NCBI GenBank assembly: GCA_965222375.1
Contig: CBDCTZ010000016.1
Location: 2,112,001 to 2,176,000, forward strand
Origin: Polyangiaceae bacterium
GTDB taxonomy: Bacteria > Myxococcota_A > Polyangia > Polyangiales > Polyangiaceae
DNA length: 64,000 nt
Direction: 5' to 3'
Made by a program: the position numbers and the translations under genes. The notes beneath the pieces were generated by a model that worked only from the letters and a program-made list of their open reading frames with translations, did not search any database and was not told the DNA's origin. Each line of letters begins with the position of its first letter. Within the stretch, counting starts at the first letter, position 1. Of the stretch, positions 1-10,123 are shown in pieces.

Positions 1-183
1 TCCCCAGGCCCGGCCATGGTGAGATCGTCCTGTACGATTGGCCCGACGTGCCTCCGTGGCCCGTTCGCGCGACGCGTATTGGCGTGCAGACGGTACTCAG
101 CATCGCTGGGCGCAAAGATGTGCGCGTCCAGAGCTCCCGCACCAAGACGGGCGCTCACTACGTGGCGAGTTGGCGCTAGGCCG

Positions 184-1140
184 ATGCATCGGATTTCCTT
201 GATTCATGCTTACCTGCCGCCGACGCAGTCGTTCCGCGATGAGGCGAGGGCGAAACTCTCGAAATCCGGTCGACAGGTGCGCTTCTTGGAAAGCGAAGAT
301 GACGTGCGAAGCGCTCTTCCAGAGATGCAGGCGCTGCTGTGTGCGATGCGTATCACCGCAGATTGGTCGAAAGCCGAGCGCCTCGAGCTGCTCCAGGTGC
401 TTGGGTCCGGAGTCGAGTTCCTGATGGAAGGCGCGCCCTTCCCACAGCAGCTACGGGTCGCCAACGCCCGCGGAATCCACGGCAGTGAGATGCGAGATCA
501 CGTTTTGGCGATGGTGCTCGCTTTCGCGCGGGAGCACCCCCGGCTGGCCCGCCAGCAGCGCGAGCGCCGTTTCGAGCAGTTCCCAGCCGGAACGGTTGCG
601 GGAAAAAGGCTGTGCATCGTCGGCTTGGGCGAAGTGGGTCGCAGCGTCGCCGGCGGGGCCGCCTCCCTGGGAATGACCGTGCTTGGGGTTCGCTTCCAGC
701 CGGTCGAAACGCCTCACGTGACGGAGGTGGTTGGCCCGACCCAACTGAACGCAGTGCTGCCGCAGAGCGACTACGTTGTGGTTTGCGTGCCACTGACGCC
801 ACAGACACGCGGGCTCCTGGGTCCAGCCGAACTGTCCGCCGTGCCTCCCCACGCCGTGCTCATCGATGTCTCTCGTGGCGGCATCGTGGATCACGAAGCC
901 CTGCTGCGCCAACTCGAAGCGGGCAAAGTGCGCGGCACAGCCCTCGACGTCTTTCCTGAAGAGCCGCTGCCTGCCGACAGCCCGTGGTGGGCGCGGGACG
1001 ACGTCATCATCTCGCCTCACCACGCCGGCTATCACGAGGAATACCTGGAGCGTGGCCTCGCGGTATTCCTAGAGAACCTCGCGTTGGTCGAAGCCGGCAT
1101 GCCCCCACGCACGTCCGTCGACGTTGAGCGAGGCTACTGA
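184..1140 (+). CDS. D-isomer-specific 2-hydroxyacid dehydrogenase (NAD(P)-binding)
   Basis: Rossmann motif IVGLGEVG, plus IDVSRG, ALDVFPEEPL and ISPHHAG. ATG at 184 chosen over the longer ORF start. Confidence 0.9.
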   Translation: MHRISLIHAYLPPTQSFRDEARAKLSKSGRQVRFLESEDDVRSALPEMQALLCAMRITADWSKAERLELLQVLGSGVEFLMEGAPFPQQLRVANARGIHGSEMRDHVLAMVLAFAREHPRLARQQRERRFEQFPAGTVAGKRLCIVGLGEVGRSVAGGAASLGMTVLGVRFQPVETPHVTEVVGPTQLNAVLPQSDYVVVCVPLTPQTRGLLGPAELSAVPPHAVLIDVSRGGIVDHEALLRQLEAGKVRGTALDVFPEEPLPADSPWWARDDVIISPHHAGYHEEYLERGLAVFLENLALVEAGMPPRTSVDVERGY

Positions 1141-1294
1141 GCGCCGTCTGCTCGCGATGCCCCAGCGTGTCTGCGAGGCGGTTGCTCCGGACGCGAACCG
1201 CTAACCGTCCGGATCCGTGGCTACCGTGCCCTGGATTTCCATGCCTACCACACGAGCCGCGGATGGCACACGTATTGCTTGGCTCCGTTCTTCG

Positions 1295-2115
1295 ATGGCA
1301 AGGCACACGATGCTCATGGCCGCTCTACTGGTGTCGTGTGGGGCGCCCGACGACAAAGCGCTCTACGCAGGAGTGGCGGAGCGGATAGCGGCCCGGATGT
1401 CGCCGTGGACAGTGGCCACGCCCCCGAGAGCAGCGTGAGTGTAGATACGGGAGTCGCGCCAGACAGCGCCGCAACGCCCGACGGCGGTGTCGACGATGCA
1501 GGCCAGCAACCTCTCGACGTCGTCGAATTTGCTGCAACGGCGCGCAGCAAGGCTTCCTTCGGCTCCTGCACGAAGGAAGAAATGCCCGTGCTGGGTTTTG
1601 CGCCGGCAACTTCGTCGGCGGAGTACCCGCTATTCGTCTGGGCGGTGGGCTCCCTGGCGAAGCACGACGGCAAAGACGTGCGACTCATTCTGCGCGAGAT
1701 GGCCTCGCGAGGTTTTGTCGCCGTGTCTCCGTCCTACGACAACGGCCTGGTTCTGAGTTGCGCTGCCCAGCTCGAAAAGACGATGTGCATATACAAAAAC
1801 CAGCCCGGATCCCTCGTGGCCAAGATGTGCGCCCGCCCGGACGTCGACTGCAACAAGGGGATTTTGAGTGGCGGCCACAGTCAAGGCGCGATCATCTCGC
1901 TCACGGCGAAGAACTACGAGCCGCGCGTTCAAGCCGTGCTCGGTATGGGAGCCACTTGCGACTACTTGCTCGATCTGAATGACGGCATGTGCAATCCCAA
2001 CGGAGCGCTCTTGAATGCCGATTGCGTCCATCACTCCAAAACGCAGCTGCCCGAGGATCGCCTCCGAATCGTCAACGGTGAGGTCGATGAGTACGGCAGC
2101 CAACCCAAACCCTAG
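1295..2115 (+). pseudogene. Frameshifted and probably 3'-truncated alpha/beta-hydrolase lipoprotein
   Basis: The lipoprotein signal MARHTMLMAALLVSC (ATG 1295) is in a different frame from the body (SGGADSGPD...GHSQG nucleophile elbow), with the switch near 1365-1375. No His follows the GEVD Asp before the stop. Confidence 0.6.
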
Positions 2116-2140
2116 CCGCCGAAAAGCCGGCGACACTCAC

Positions 2141-3169
2141 CTAGGGCGCGAGCTTTCCCTCGGCGATCAGGATCTGGCCGTCCAGCTCGGCTTCGCTCTC
2201 GCGGTCTGGCTTCAGGTGTGCCACGCGATCGTAAGTGACGCGATAACTGATGGCCTCGCGCTGCGCGGCTTTCGGCAGGTACACGTCGACCTTTGTGGGC
2301 GTGCGGTATACGCGGTCGTCTAGGGTTTCGCGGCGCTTGCCGCCCGAGCCCTCGTAGTGGCGAGCGAGGTGGCGACCGAAAGAGAAGCCACTCTTCGCCT
2401 CGACGCTAACTGTGACACGTCGAAACAAGTCTCCCGTGGGTACGGCGTGAGTCGTGTTTTTGGGAGAGAGGCGGATCTGAACGTGCCCGGCCGCAACCCG
2501 CTTGGCGGTGACCTTCAAAGCAGAGCGCACGAGGGCCACGTCGTGGCCTCCAGGAAAGCCATGGCCACGATGGCGCTCGGCACCGGAGCCGCTCCAGGGC
2601 ATGTGACATCCGCTACAACCCACGGATTTGCCGGCTGCCGCGCGGTGCTCGCTCATGGTGCGCTGCATCTTCGACTTGTGATTTGGTGCCGGGAAAAAGA
2701 ACTCGTGGCAGCCCGCACAAGATTCGCCATTGCTCATCTTGTCCGTGCGCAGCACCCCGTGGGGCGCCGCACGCTTGCTTCGCCCCGGAGCGGCCAGCAC
2801 TGGCCCCAGAGGCGTGTGACACGTGACACAGGCCACGCCGATGGACGCTGTTGCCGCGAAGGCGCCAGCCGATGCTTCCGGTGCGTGGCAGCGCACGCAG
2901 AAATCCCGGAACTTCTTGGGTTCCCGTTTCAGAGCGGCCTGAAACTCTGGGTTGTCGTAGGCCGAGCGGTGCCGTGAGCCGCGCCATTCCTTGGCGATGT
3001 CCGCATGGCAATGCTCGCAGCCGGCATTGCGTTCCAGGGCGCCTCGAGGGTGGGGCTCTTGGCGCAATTGGGGCGCCGGTCGCGGTAGCGCGACGGTCCC
3101 ATCCATTGCCGCCGCGAAGGGCGAGAGCAACAGTGGTCCGAGCCACAAGAGGCGGCCGTGTCGTGCCAT
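2141..3169 (-). CDS. Secreted multiheme c-type cytochrome (5 CxxCH; cytochrome c554-like N-terminus)
   Basis: CEHCH, CVRCH, CVTCH, CAGCH and CSGCH; WxxSxH motif; signal peptide. ATG at 3169 overlaps the upstream TGA (TGATG). Confidence 0.85.
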   Translation of the reverse strand: MARHGRLLWLGPLLLSPFAAAMDGTVALPRPAPQLRQEPHPRGALERNAGCEHCHADIAKEWRGSRHRSAYDNPEFQAALKREPKKFRDFCVRCHAPEASAGAFAATASIGVACVTCHTPLGPVLAAPGRSKRAAPHGVLRTDKMSNGESCAGCHEFFFPAPNHKSKMQRTMSEHRAAAGKSVGCSGCHMPWSGSGAERHRGHGFPGGHDVALVRSALKVTAKRVAAGHVQIRLSPKNTTHAVPTGDLFRRVTVSVEAKSGFSFGRHLARHYEGSGGKRRETLDDRVYRTPTKVDVYLPKAAQREAISYRVTYDRVAHLKPDRESEAELDGQILIAEGKLAP

Positions 3170-4572
3170 CAGTGGAAGCGTTTCTCCCATTCGAGGTGTA
3201 GCCGTATGCCCGAACCCAGATGCATGAACACGACGCGCATGGCCTCTGGCGGTGCGGTGTACGGGTCACCGATGTGTCCAACCGCGTCGAGGCAGCCGAG
3301 CTGAGGTTTCATGCCCGGGATGTTCTGCTTCACGAGGTCCATCAACCTGCGAGCGGCCGCTTCGTCCTTGGCTTGCGCTCCGAAGTAGTAGATCTTGCCG
3401 CGCCGGTATTCGACGAAGGTCAACTTGTGTGAAAGCTCGTGATGACCCTTCAGTCCTTGGCCAGTGATCTCGTAGCGGCCTCCGAGATTCGGCGGTGTCG
3501 CCAGGAGCACGAAGGGCGTCTTGCACTTGCTCGAGAATCCCACCGGCGCCGGCATCTCGCTCAAACCGCTCTGACCAGCCGCGCCGTCCGCGCCGCCATT
3601 CGCTCCGTCGGCGCTGGCGAGGACTCGGGGTTTGGAAGGCTTCTCGCGCTTCTCGGGTGGGCGGACCCGCAGCTTCGCAGCTTGGGTAGGTTTGTACACG
3701 CGCAGCCCGCTTTCCCAAGACAGAACGCGCAGTGCCTTGCCCAATGTGAGGTAGGCGAGCTTTGTCGGCGCTTTCTTCTCGCCGAGTTTCACCTTCGTGA
3801 CTTCCAAGTTCTTGTCGAGCAAGTAGGTGTTATTGTCATCGATAACGAACGTGTCGCCACCCTCGAGTCGAACGAGCCGAGGCCCGTTGCCCCAGGGTGC
3901 AGGGCGCGTGGCCCAAGCATCCTTTTCGTAGACGTGCAGCTTCTTGGGTCCTGCGGTCAGCGTGGGCCCCCCTCCGCCGTAAGCCAGCATGTCGACTGGG
4001 TCCTCGCTTACGGGTGCGGTCACCAGCACCGCGTCGTAGCGGCGGGGGGTACTGGGCGGGAACGGATAGTGGGCGAGGTCCGGTTCTGCGGGCGACCAAT
4101 ACTTTTTTCGAAAAACCAAGGCCGGTAGCACCTCGCCCGTTCGCGAGTCCGTATAGGCCGTTGCCCGCACCTTCGGATACTCGCCGAAGTAGCTGACCGC
4201 GATGCCCTCCCCATAGCCTTCGGATTCCATGTTTGGAATCAAGTGCTGCCAAGCATGCCCAGGCCACAGTTTTGGATCTTCTCTGACGCCGTCTTTGTCT
4301 ACGAGCCACGTCTTGTTGGGTGGTCCTTTCTTGAACACGCATGGCTCGGCGCAGACCACGGCAGCCGAACCGACGTCGAAGAGCCGCACCTTCTGCTTGA
4401 TGTGTTTGTCCAAGCTGAAGCGCACCACTTTCGGCGCTTCTTTCTTGGGCGGCTCAGGCGCCGAACGCACGGAGCCACTTGGAATGGGCTCGGGCTTCGC
4501 TTCAACCGGTGGCTCCTTCTTGGAGCAAGACAGGCCGAGCAGTCCGGCCGCGACGATGGTCAGCGTACGCAT
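3169..4572 (-). CDS. Hypothetical lipoprotein (467 aa)
   Basis: Lipobox LGLSC and Pro/Lys-rich linker. TATGAT and a GGAGGG RBS lie upstream. Translationally coupled to the cytochrome gene. Confidence 0.8.
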   Translation of the reverse strand: MRTLTIVAAGLLGLSCSKKEPPVEAKPEPIPSGSVRSAPEPPKKEAPKVVRFSLDKHIKQKVRLFDVGSAAVVCAEPCVFKKGPPNKTWLVDKDGVREDPKLWPGHAWQHLIPNMESEGYGEGIAVSYFGEYPKVRATAYTDSRTGEVLPALVFRKKYWSPAEPDLAHYPFPPSTPRRYDAVLVTAPVSEDPVDMLAYGGGGPTLTAGPKKLHVYEKDAWATRPAPWGNGPRLVRLEGGDTFVIDDNNTYLLDKNLEVTKVKLGEKKAPTKLAYLTLGKALRVLSWESGLRVYKPTQAAKLRVRPPEKREKPSKPRVLASADGANGGADGAAGQSGLSEMPAPVGFSSKCKTPFVLLATPPNLGGRYEITGQGLKGHHELSHKLTFVEYRRGKIYYFGAQAKDEAAARRLMDLVKQNIPGMKPQLGCLDAVGHIGDPYTAPPEAMRVVFMHLGSGIRLHLEWEKRFH

Positions 4573-4813
4573 GGGTTCCCTCCGCGCTCATCATACACGC
4601 AACAGCCCAACGCCCTCTCTGCGGCCGACATTCCTCGTCGGCTGTTTCGAGGCAACTCGGCGCGGACCGCGCTTCAAGTATGTGGGGTTTTGGGGGTCGC
4701 ATCCCTGGCCCGTGGTGGGGCACTACTCTCGAGCGTCCGCGAGCCGGGGCGCCTGCGCGCTCTACGAGGGATTAGGGCCATCGTCGCCGGAGCAGCGCGA
4801 ATGGGGCGTGCAG

Positions 4814-4907
4814 CGGCTGCACTGCGGCTCAGTGCTGCAGCAGCGTTTCGTGGCGCACCGGCTGCACTGCGGCTCAGTGCTGCAGCAGCGTTTCGTGGCG
4901 CACCGGC
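4814..4907. repeat. Tandem direct repeat, 45-bp unit x2
   Basis: cggctgcactgcggctcagtgctgcagcagcgtttcgtggcgcac occurs twice, exactly and in tandem. Confidence 0.95.
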
Positions 4908-4957
4908 GATGGCGATGGCTTTGGCGCACAGCGGCGAAAGTAGTAGCGTTCGAAGCG

Positions 4958-6007
4958 ATGGACCGGCCGTACCTCAACGAACTGACCATTCGTGGCTACG
5001 GATGCGTGCGGGACGCCACCATCAAACTGACGCCACTGCACGCGCTCATTGGTCCCAACGATAGCGGGAAAAGCACCATTCTACGCGTCGTGCAGACGCT
5101 GGCGGAGTGTGCAACCTCAAGGCTCAGCGGGCCACTGCTGGCTGCGCTTGTTGCGCCAAGCGGTGGCGGTGGGTTGCGGCTAGCTGCATGCGTGGGCAAA
5201 GCGTGCTGGTTGGTTGAAACCGCGGATCGACAGAACTTCCGTGAGAGCATCAGCCCAGGGCCCGACTTTAGTTCGAATTTGCCGACGTCGAGCAACCTGC
5301 TCAGGTTGAATGCAACTCAATTGACTGCCCCTTTCTCTGCTGCCCTTGGCGGGGTACGCCTTTTCCGTCTGGATCCAGACCACCTCCGCGAACCGAGCCC
5401 ACTTGTCGTCGAGGGGCAGCCTATTCAGCTCGACGCGCGCGGCGTCGGGTTGGCAGGTGCGCTTGATGCCGTCGTGTCTCGTGACATCGACGCGTTCTCG
5501 AAGATCCGTCATGATGTTTGTCGGCTATTCCCTTCGGTGAGCAACCTGCGCCTCGTCAACGTTGCCAACAACAAGAAGGCGCTCCGCATTGAGCTCCAGG
5601 ACGGAACCCAGGTGGGCGCCGATTTCATGAGCGAAGGCATGCTCTACTATCTTGCTTTCGCTGCGTCGCCCTACCTTGCTCCCACCCCACTTCTCTTGAT
5701 CGAGGAACCCGAGAATGGGCTGCACCCCGCGCGGATCCGGGACGTGATGCGCGTCTTGCGTGAGGTGTCCAAGAACACGCAAGTATTGCTCGCGACCCAT
5801 AGTCCGCTTGTGGTCAACGAACTCGAGCCGGACGAAGTCACTGTCGTGACGCGGCCGTCGAATGAAGTCGGGACGCAAGTCGTAACCTTGAAGGATACGC
5901 CCAACTTCCATGAGCGGTCTTCCGTGCATTCGCTCGGCGAGTTGTGGGTCAGCTACGCGGATGGCGAGACCGAGGCTCCGCTGCTCCAGGGGCAGCCGCG
6001 GGAATGA
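4958..6007 (+). CDS. AAA_21/OLD-like ABC-fold ATPase
   Basis: Walker A GPNDSGKS, signature-like MSEG, Walker B/D-loop LLLIEEPENGLHP and H-loop ATHSP. Confidence 0.85.
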   Translation: MDRPYLNELTIRGYGCVRDATIKLTPLHALIGPNDSGKSTILRVVQTLAECATSRLSGPLLAALVAPSGGGGLRLAACVGKACWLVETADRQNFRESISPGPDFSSNLPTSSNLLRLNATQLTAPFSAALGGVRLFRLDPDHLREPSPLVVEGQPIQLDARGVGLAGALDAVVSRDIDAFSKIRHDVCRLFPSVSNLRLVNVANNKKALRIELQDGTQVGADFMSEGMLYYLAFAASPYLAPTPLLLIEEPENGLHPARIRDVMRVLREVSKNTQVLLATHSPLVVNELEPDEVTVVTRPSNEVGTQVVTLKDTPNFHERSSVHSLGELWVSYADGETEAPLLQGQPRE

Positions 6008-6191
6008 CGAACGCGTCCTGCTGTGCGGCGAGGGCAAGAGCGAACTCGGGAGCCGAGCCGGATATCCTGTCTACCAGTCCGATGAGCAACCTGGTGTCTT
6101 GGAAGAGCTTCTCAAGCACGCGTGCGCCGCTGGCTGGGAGATTGCCGGGGCTCGCTCAGCCGCTGGCTGGTTTCGGCACGCGGGGTTCTGA
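6004..6191 (+). pseudogene. Frameshifted and truncated TOPRIM-like (DUF4276-type) partner of the ATPase
   Basis: ATGA overlap with the ATPase stop. Adding one base at ~6012 gives MTxRVLLCGEGKSE, a TOPRIM-like hydrophobic-strand-EG motif. The ORF stops after ~60 codons. Confidence 0.55.
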
Positions 6192-6332
6192 CCCGCGACG
6201 AGTAGCGTTTCGCCACAGTTTGGTGGGTCGAGCGCGGACAGAACTTGATCCTGGAGTGTTGCTGCCGGCCCGCGGCGAGCCGGGAGCGCCGGCAAGATTC
6301 GGGTTGCGCTGACGCGGCTCGGGCGCCCGCAA

Positions 6333-6453
6333 GCTGGGGCGCCCGCGTGCGTGTCGGCGAGACTGGGTGCCGAGCGGGCTGGGGCGCCCGCGTGCGTGTC
6401 GGCGAGACTTGGGTGCCGAGCGGGCTGGGGCGCCCGCGTGCGCCTTGGCGAGA
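6333..6453. repeat. Tandem direct repeat, 45/46-bp unit x~2.7
   Basis: gctggggcgcccgcgtgcgtgtcggcgagact(t)gggtgccgagcgg at 6333 and 6378, with a partial copy at 6424. Confidence 0.95.
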
Positions 6454-6572
6454 TTAGGGACCCAAAGCCGCCCCAGTGCTCGACCCAAAGAAAACCACAC
6501 CCTGGGTCAAAAGATGGATGGCAGCTGGGGGCTCCCTGCACTCAGGGTTCTGTGACGCACGAGAGCGACGCG

Positions 6573-7754
6573 ATGAGTCGCCGACAGGCACTTTTTGCCT
6601 GTGCGGCTGCAGCTGGTTCCCTTGCGGGTTGTAGCCGTGATGCCTCCTGGCAAGCTCAGCGGCCGACTTCTCCTCTGGTTGGAGGCGTAGCCCCAGGCGC
6701 CAGGCCGGGGGTCGGTCGCCTACAGGCTCGATCCACGGCGGCTTGGTCGATGTTCGGTGGTGATCCGAGGCGCACCCACTACTCGCCGGTGCCCGTACGA
6801 ACCGAGCCGGAACTGAGGTGGCGCTTCGAAACCGAAGGGGAGGTGTGGGCATCTCCGGTGGTGGACGCAGGGGGTAACGTCTACGCAGGGTCCCTTGATG
6901 GCAAGCTGTATGTGATTGGCCGCAGCGGCGCTCTGAGTTGGAGTCTGCCAACTCGAGGCGCCTTGTGGGGGTCAGCGGCCGTCGGGGGTGACGCTACGGT
7001 GTTCGTGGCCGGAGTGGATACCTATCTGTATGGGATCCGACAGGGGACATTGCTGTGGAGGCGAAAGCTGGACAACTGCGCGTTCTCGTCGCCGGCTTTG
7101 GGACCCGACGGCAGCGTATACGTCGGGGCGAGTGGGCGCCGGTTGTACTCTTTTCGATACGACGGCAGCCCGAAGTGGGCACGGCACTTGGGATCCCAAG
7201 TGGAGTCTTCCCCGGCGCTGCTACCCGATGGCGGCCTGGCGGTCGGAACGCGAGACGGACGCTTGGTTCAGTTGAGCGATAGCGGAGACTTGGTCAGCTC
7301 GGTTCGCGTTCCCGGGCCCATTTCCTCGACGCCCGCAGTCTTCGAAACGGGTACCGTTGTATTCGGCGGTGGCGACGGTGTGTACGCGGTTCGAGGTGGC
7401 CGGTTGGCGTGGCGGCTAAAAACCCACGCTCCCGTCACCGCGTCTCCGGCGCTGTTTCCCGATGGCGCTGCTGTTGTGGGCGACCTAAAGGGCAACTTGT
7501 ACGCCGTCAGTGATTCTGGCCGCCTGCGTTTCGCTGTGAGCTTGGGCTCGCCCATCTCGAGTTCCGCCGCGACCGCCGCCAACGGTGCAATCGTCGTTGG
7601 CACCCACGCCGGGACATTGCACGTCCTCGATGCGGCGGGGCGCCGTCTGAGTGAGTTCAAAACCAAGGGGCCGATTCACGCATCCCCGGCAATTGGTCGA
7701 GACGGCAGCATCGTTTTCGGTTCCCGGGATGGTTCCGTGTACGCGTTGGCCTGA
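6573..7754 (+). CDS. PQQ-like/BamB-like beta-propeller repeat lipoprotein (Tat-type signal)
   Basis: MSRRQAL...LAGC signal; repeated SSPA..G.VYVGS.DG.LYA...G..W units. Confidence 0.85.
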   Translation: MSRRQALFACAAAAGSLAGCSRDASWQAQRPTSPLVGGVAPGARPGVGRLQARSTAAWSMFGGDPRRTHYSPVPVRTEPELRWRFETEGEVWASPVVDAGGNVYAGSLDGKLYVIGRSGALSWSLPTRGALWGSAAVGGDATVFVAGVDTYLYGIRQGTLLWRRKLDNCAFSSPALGPDGSVYVGASGRRLYSFRYDGSPKWARHLGSQVESSPALLPDGGLAVGTRDGRLVQLSDSGDLVSSVRVPGPISSTPAVFETGTVVFGGGDGVYAVRGGRLAWRLKTHAPVTASPALFPDGAAVVGDLKGNLYAVSDSGRLRFAVSLGSPISSSAATAANGAIVVGTHAGTLHVLDAAGRRLSEFKTKGPIHASPAIGRDGSIVFGSRDGSVYALA

Positions 7755-7759
7755 CGCCG

Positions 7760-8011
7760 CTATTGGCGCTCGAGACGTCGGACTACAACCGTGGCACCAA
7801 CGAATAGGAGTGCCAAAAGGAAGCAAACGATGGCCACCTCGATGCCGAGCGCCCCCTCCGGCAAGAGGAAGCGCGCTGTGGTCCACTCGAGGATGGCGAA
7901 CCCGAGGAAGTAGACAACAAGCAGCTTCGGCCGCTGCCAGGTCCGGTAACGAAACGCAAAGAGTGCCGTGAACACGGATGCGACGGAGGCGGCAACGATC
8001 AGCGCGAGCAT
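7760..8011 (-). CDS. Small membrane protein (3 predicted TM helices)
   Basis: 83-aa hydrophobic ORF lying co-directionally downstream of the protease. Confidence 0.65.
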   Translation of the reverse strand: MLALIVAASVASVFTALFAFRYRTWQRPKLLVVYFLGFAILEWTTARFLLPEGALGIEVAIVCFLLALLFVGATVVVRRLERQ

Positions 8012-8043
8012 GGCTGCTCTGGCTACCTAGCCCAGGAGTCACT

Positions 8044-9393
8044 TCACAGACAATAGTCGTACACGGGATCTTCGATGCAGCGCTTGGTGCAGCATTGAGT
8101 GTCCAAGCTGCATGGCGTTGCACGTTTTTGGCATGCCGCGGGCGTGCAGTCGGGATCTGCCGAGTCGACCAGGCCGTCGCAGTCGTCGTCGACATCATTT
8201 TCGCACTCGGTCTCGCTCGTGCTGGTCGGCTCACACCCGGCAGGCTCGGAGAGCTGAGTGAAGGCTGCCTCGGCCTGCACCAGGCCAAAGCCATAGGCAT
8301 CGTCGCGTCCGCTCGGTCCGAGGTCGAGGGCTGTTTCCGACAGGGCGATTCGAATCTGCGCGGCGGACCAAGTCGGGCCGCGACTCATCAGCGCAGCGGC
8401 AGCGCCGGATACGTGGGGCGTCGCCATGCTGGTTCCGCCCCATGCTTGGTACGTGCCGTGGGTTGTAGACAATACACCCACACCTGCTGCCACGAGCTCC
8501 ACGTCTTCGTTCTGCTGCGAGAAATCCGCAATATGTTTTTGGGAGTCCACTGCACCCACGGAGACGACCGAGACGTAGGACGCTGGGTAGTGCGGTTGCG
8601 TCGTGCCATCGTTACCTGCGGCGGCAACGATCAGGAGCCCTTGAGCTTCCGCTTGTTCGAAAGCGAGGCGCTCGAGGGTGCTTTTCTCGGGGCCGCCCAG
8701 ACTCAGGTTCACAATCTGCGCCCCGATACTTGCGCATTCCTGCACCGCCAAGATCAGCCCCGACACGTAGGCCCACTCGCAGTCGTCCCGAAATACGCGG
8801 ACGATGTGGAGCTGCGCGCTGTCATGGGCAACACCAAGCACTCCGATGTCGTTGTCGACTGCCGCGATCGTGCCAGCCACGTGGGTGCCATGGCCGCAGC
8901 CGTCGGCATTGAAAGGTCCAGCGCCCCCCTCCGGGGCTCCGGTCACATTCGAAGGAAGATCCGGATGAGGCGCGTAGCCCGAGTCGACGATGCAAACCGT
9001 CGTCTTGGCGATCGGACTCGGGAGCGGCGGCAATTGGAGCGAGGTGGTCTGGGTAACGCCGTAGGGCGTGGTTTGGCCCAAGGGGTAGCGGCGATAGTCC
9101 GGCTCGAGCAGACCGACCACGGCGTGCACCTGCTCCAGGTCTGCCTTGGCAATGGAAAGCAGATAGGTGTTTGGACCGATCCGTTGCTGCACCTCGGCGC
9201 CCGCCGCTGTAGCCCGTCGCAGCTGAGCCGACTCTCGCACTACAGCGAGGTAGCGCCCCTCTGGGCTCTGTACAGCGGGCGTTGGTTGCGAGCTGCTGGT
9301 CTCCCCTCCGCAGCCGAGGCTCAGCAGGGCCGGCAGGATGGCGGCCACGAATCGTGGAGGGCAGCGAGGGCGATTCCGAGGGGCGCGCGTCAC
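8044..9393 (-). CDS. S8 (subtilisin-like) serine protease, lipoprotein, with Cys-rich C-terminal DDDCDGLVD motif
   Basis: Catalytic triad motifs IVDSG, HGTHVAG and GTSMATPHV; oxyanion AAAGN; lipobox LSLGC. Start is uncertain (ORF open to 9471). Confidence 0.9.
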   Translation of the reverse strand: MTRAPRNRPRCPPRFVAAILPALLSLGCGGETSSSQPTPAVQSPEGRYLAVVRESAQLRRATAAGAEVQQRIGPNTYLLSIAKADLEQVHAVVGLLEPDYRRYPLGQTTPYGVTQTTSLQLPPLPSPIAKTTVCIVDSGYAPHPDLPSNVTGAPEGGAGPFNADGCGHGTHVAGTIAAVDNDIGVLGVAHDSAQLHIVRVFRDDCEWAYVSGLILAVQECASIGAQIVNLSLGGPEKSTLERLAFEQAEAQGLLIVAAAGNDGTTQPHYPASYVSVVSVGAVDSQKHIADFSQQNEDVELVAAGVGVLSTTHGTYQAWGGTSMATPHVSGAAAALMSRGPTWSAAQIRIALSETALDLGPSGRDDAYGFGLVQAEAAFTQLSEPAGCEPTSTSETECENDVDDDCDGLVDSADPDCTPAACQKRATPCSLDTQCCTKRCIEDPVYDYCL

Positions 9394-9464
9394 GTGCCTA
9401 GGAACGGCCAGGGCGGGAAAAGGTTTAGGGCCGCACGGGTGGGAGCTGCAGTATGTGCGGAGCC

Positions 9465-9611
9465 GCTGCATTCAACGGCACGCCTTCGATTTTTGCCTAC
9501 ACCGTGGGCATGCAGGACGCGAACTTTGGTCTGGTCGATGCCATTGCGCAGGCCGGTGGGACCGGAAAGGCCTTCGACGCCGCAGGTGGTACCCAGGCGT
9601 TCATCGCGGCG
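9465..9611 (+). pseudogene. Probable remnant of a vWA-domain protein C-terminus
   Basis: Translates as FNGTPSIFAYTVGMQDANFGLVDAIAQAGGTGKAF, resembling the vWA C-terminal IG...L..IA..GG motif. No credible start. Confidence 0.45.
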
Positions 9612-10123
9612 TGTTGTGCCCCGACGCCTGCACCCAAGTCAAACAGGATACGAGTGGCCGCATTGACCTGATCCTCGGACGCAAATCCACGCCGCCGTCG
9701 TGAGGCGGCGCCGCCGCGCCGTCTCGCTCGATCAGTTGGCATCTGCGAAGAAGCGGCTGCTGAGCGACACGAAACGTGTGGCAGTCACCAGGACCAGGTT
9801 CCGCCAACCTCGATGAACGGAACCACATAGAAGTTCTGCGCTTCGTAGGTGACGGTCTCCACGGGTACACGAAACCGCCCTAACAGGTAGGCGTCGAGAT
9901 CTGCCGTCAGTGCAGTTTTCATGCCCATTCGCAAGATCGTGGCGTCGTACTCGTACGCGCAGCATTCTGAGTCCACACACAAGCCCTTCGTGCCGACGTC
10001 GCTTGATTGCGGCGCCGGTGCGAGGCTTTTCTGGAGACACAGGGCTTGCTCGGCGTGGTCACGCCGCTGCCCGGGAGTGGTGCTCGAGCACGTCGCGTGC
10101 TCTACTCCCCTGGGAGGCGGAAC

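Noticed and set aside
4229..4957. Long N-terminal extension of the ATPase in the 592-aa ORF
   Set aside because: It overlaps the opposite-strand lipoprotein gene and the tandem repeat; the ATPase fold starts at ATG 4958.
4814..6453. 45-bp repeats as a CRISPR array
   Set aside because: The units are directly adjacent with no unique spacers, and no cas genes are present.
7978..9666. 562-aa plus-strand ORF, and similar long antisense ORFs such as 21477-23237 and 36469-37509
   Set aside because: These are shadow ORFs of well-supported opposite-strand genes in GC-rich DNA and have no motifs.
9732..10040. Short ORFs between the vWA remnant and the lipoprotein (also 13570-13887)
   Set aside because: No recognisable motif or convincing start; they may be remnants but cannot be supported.
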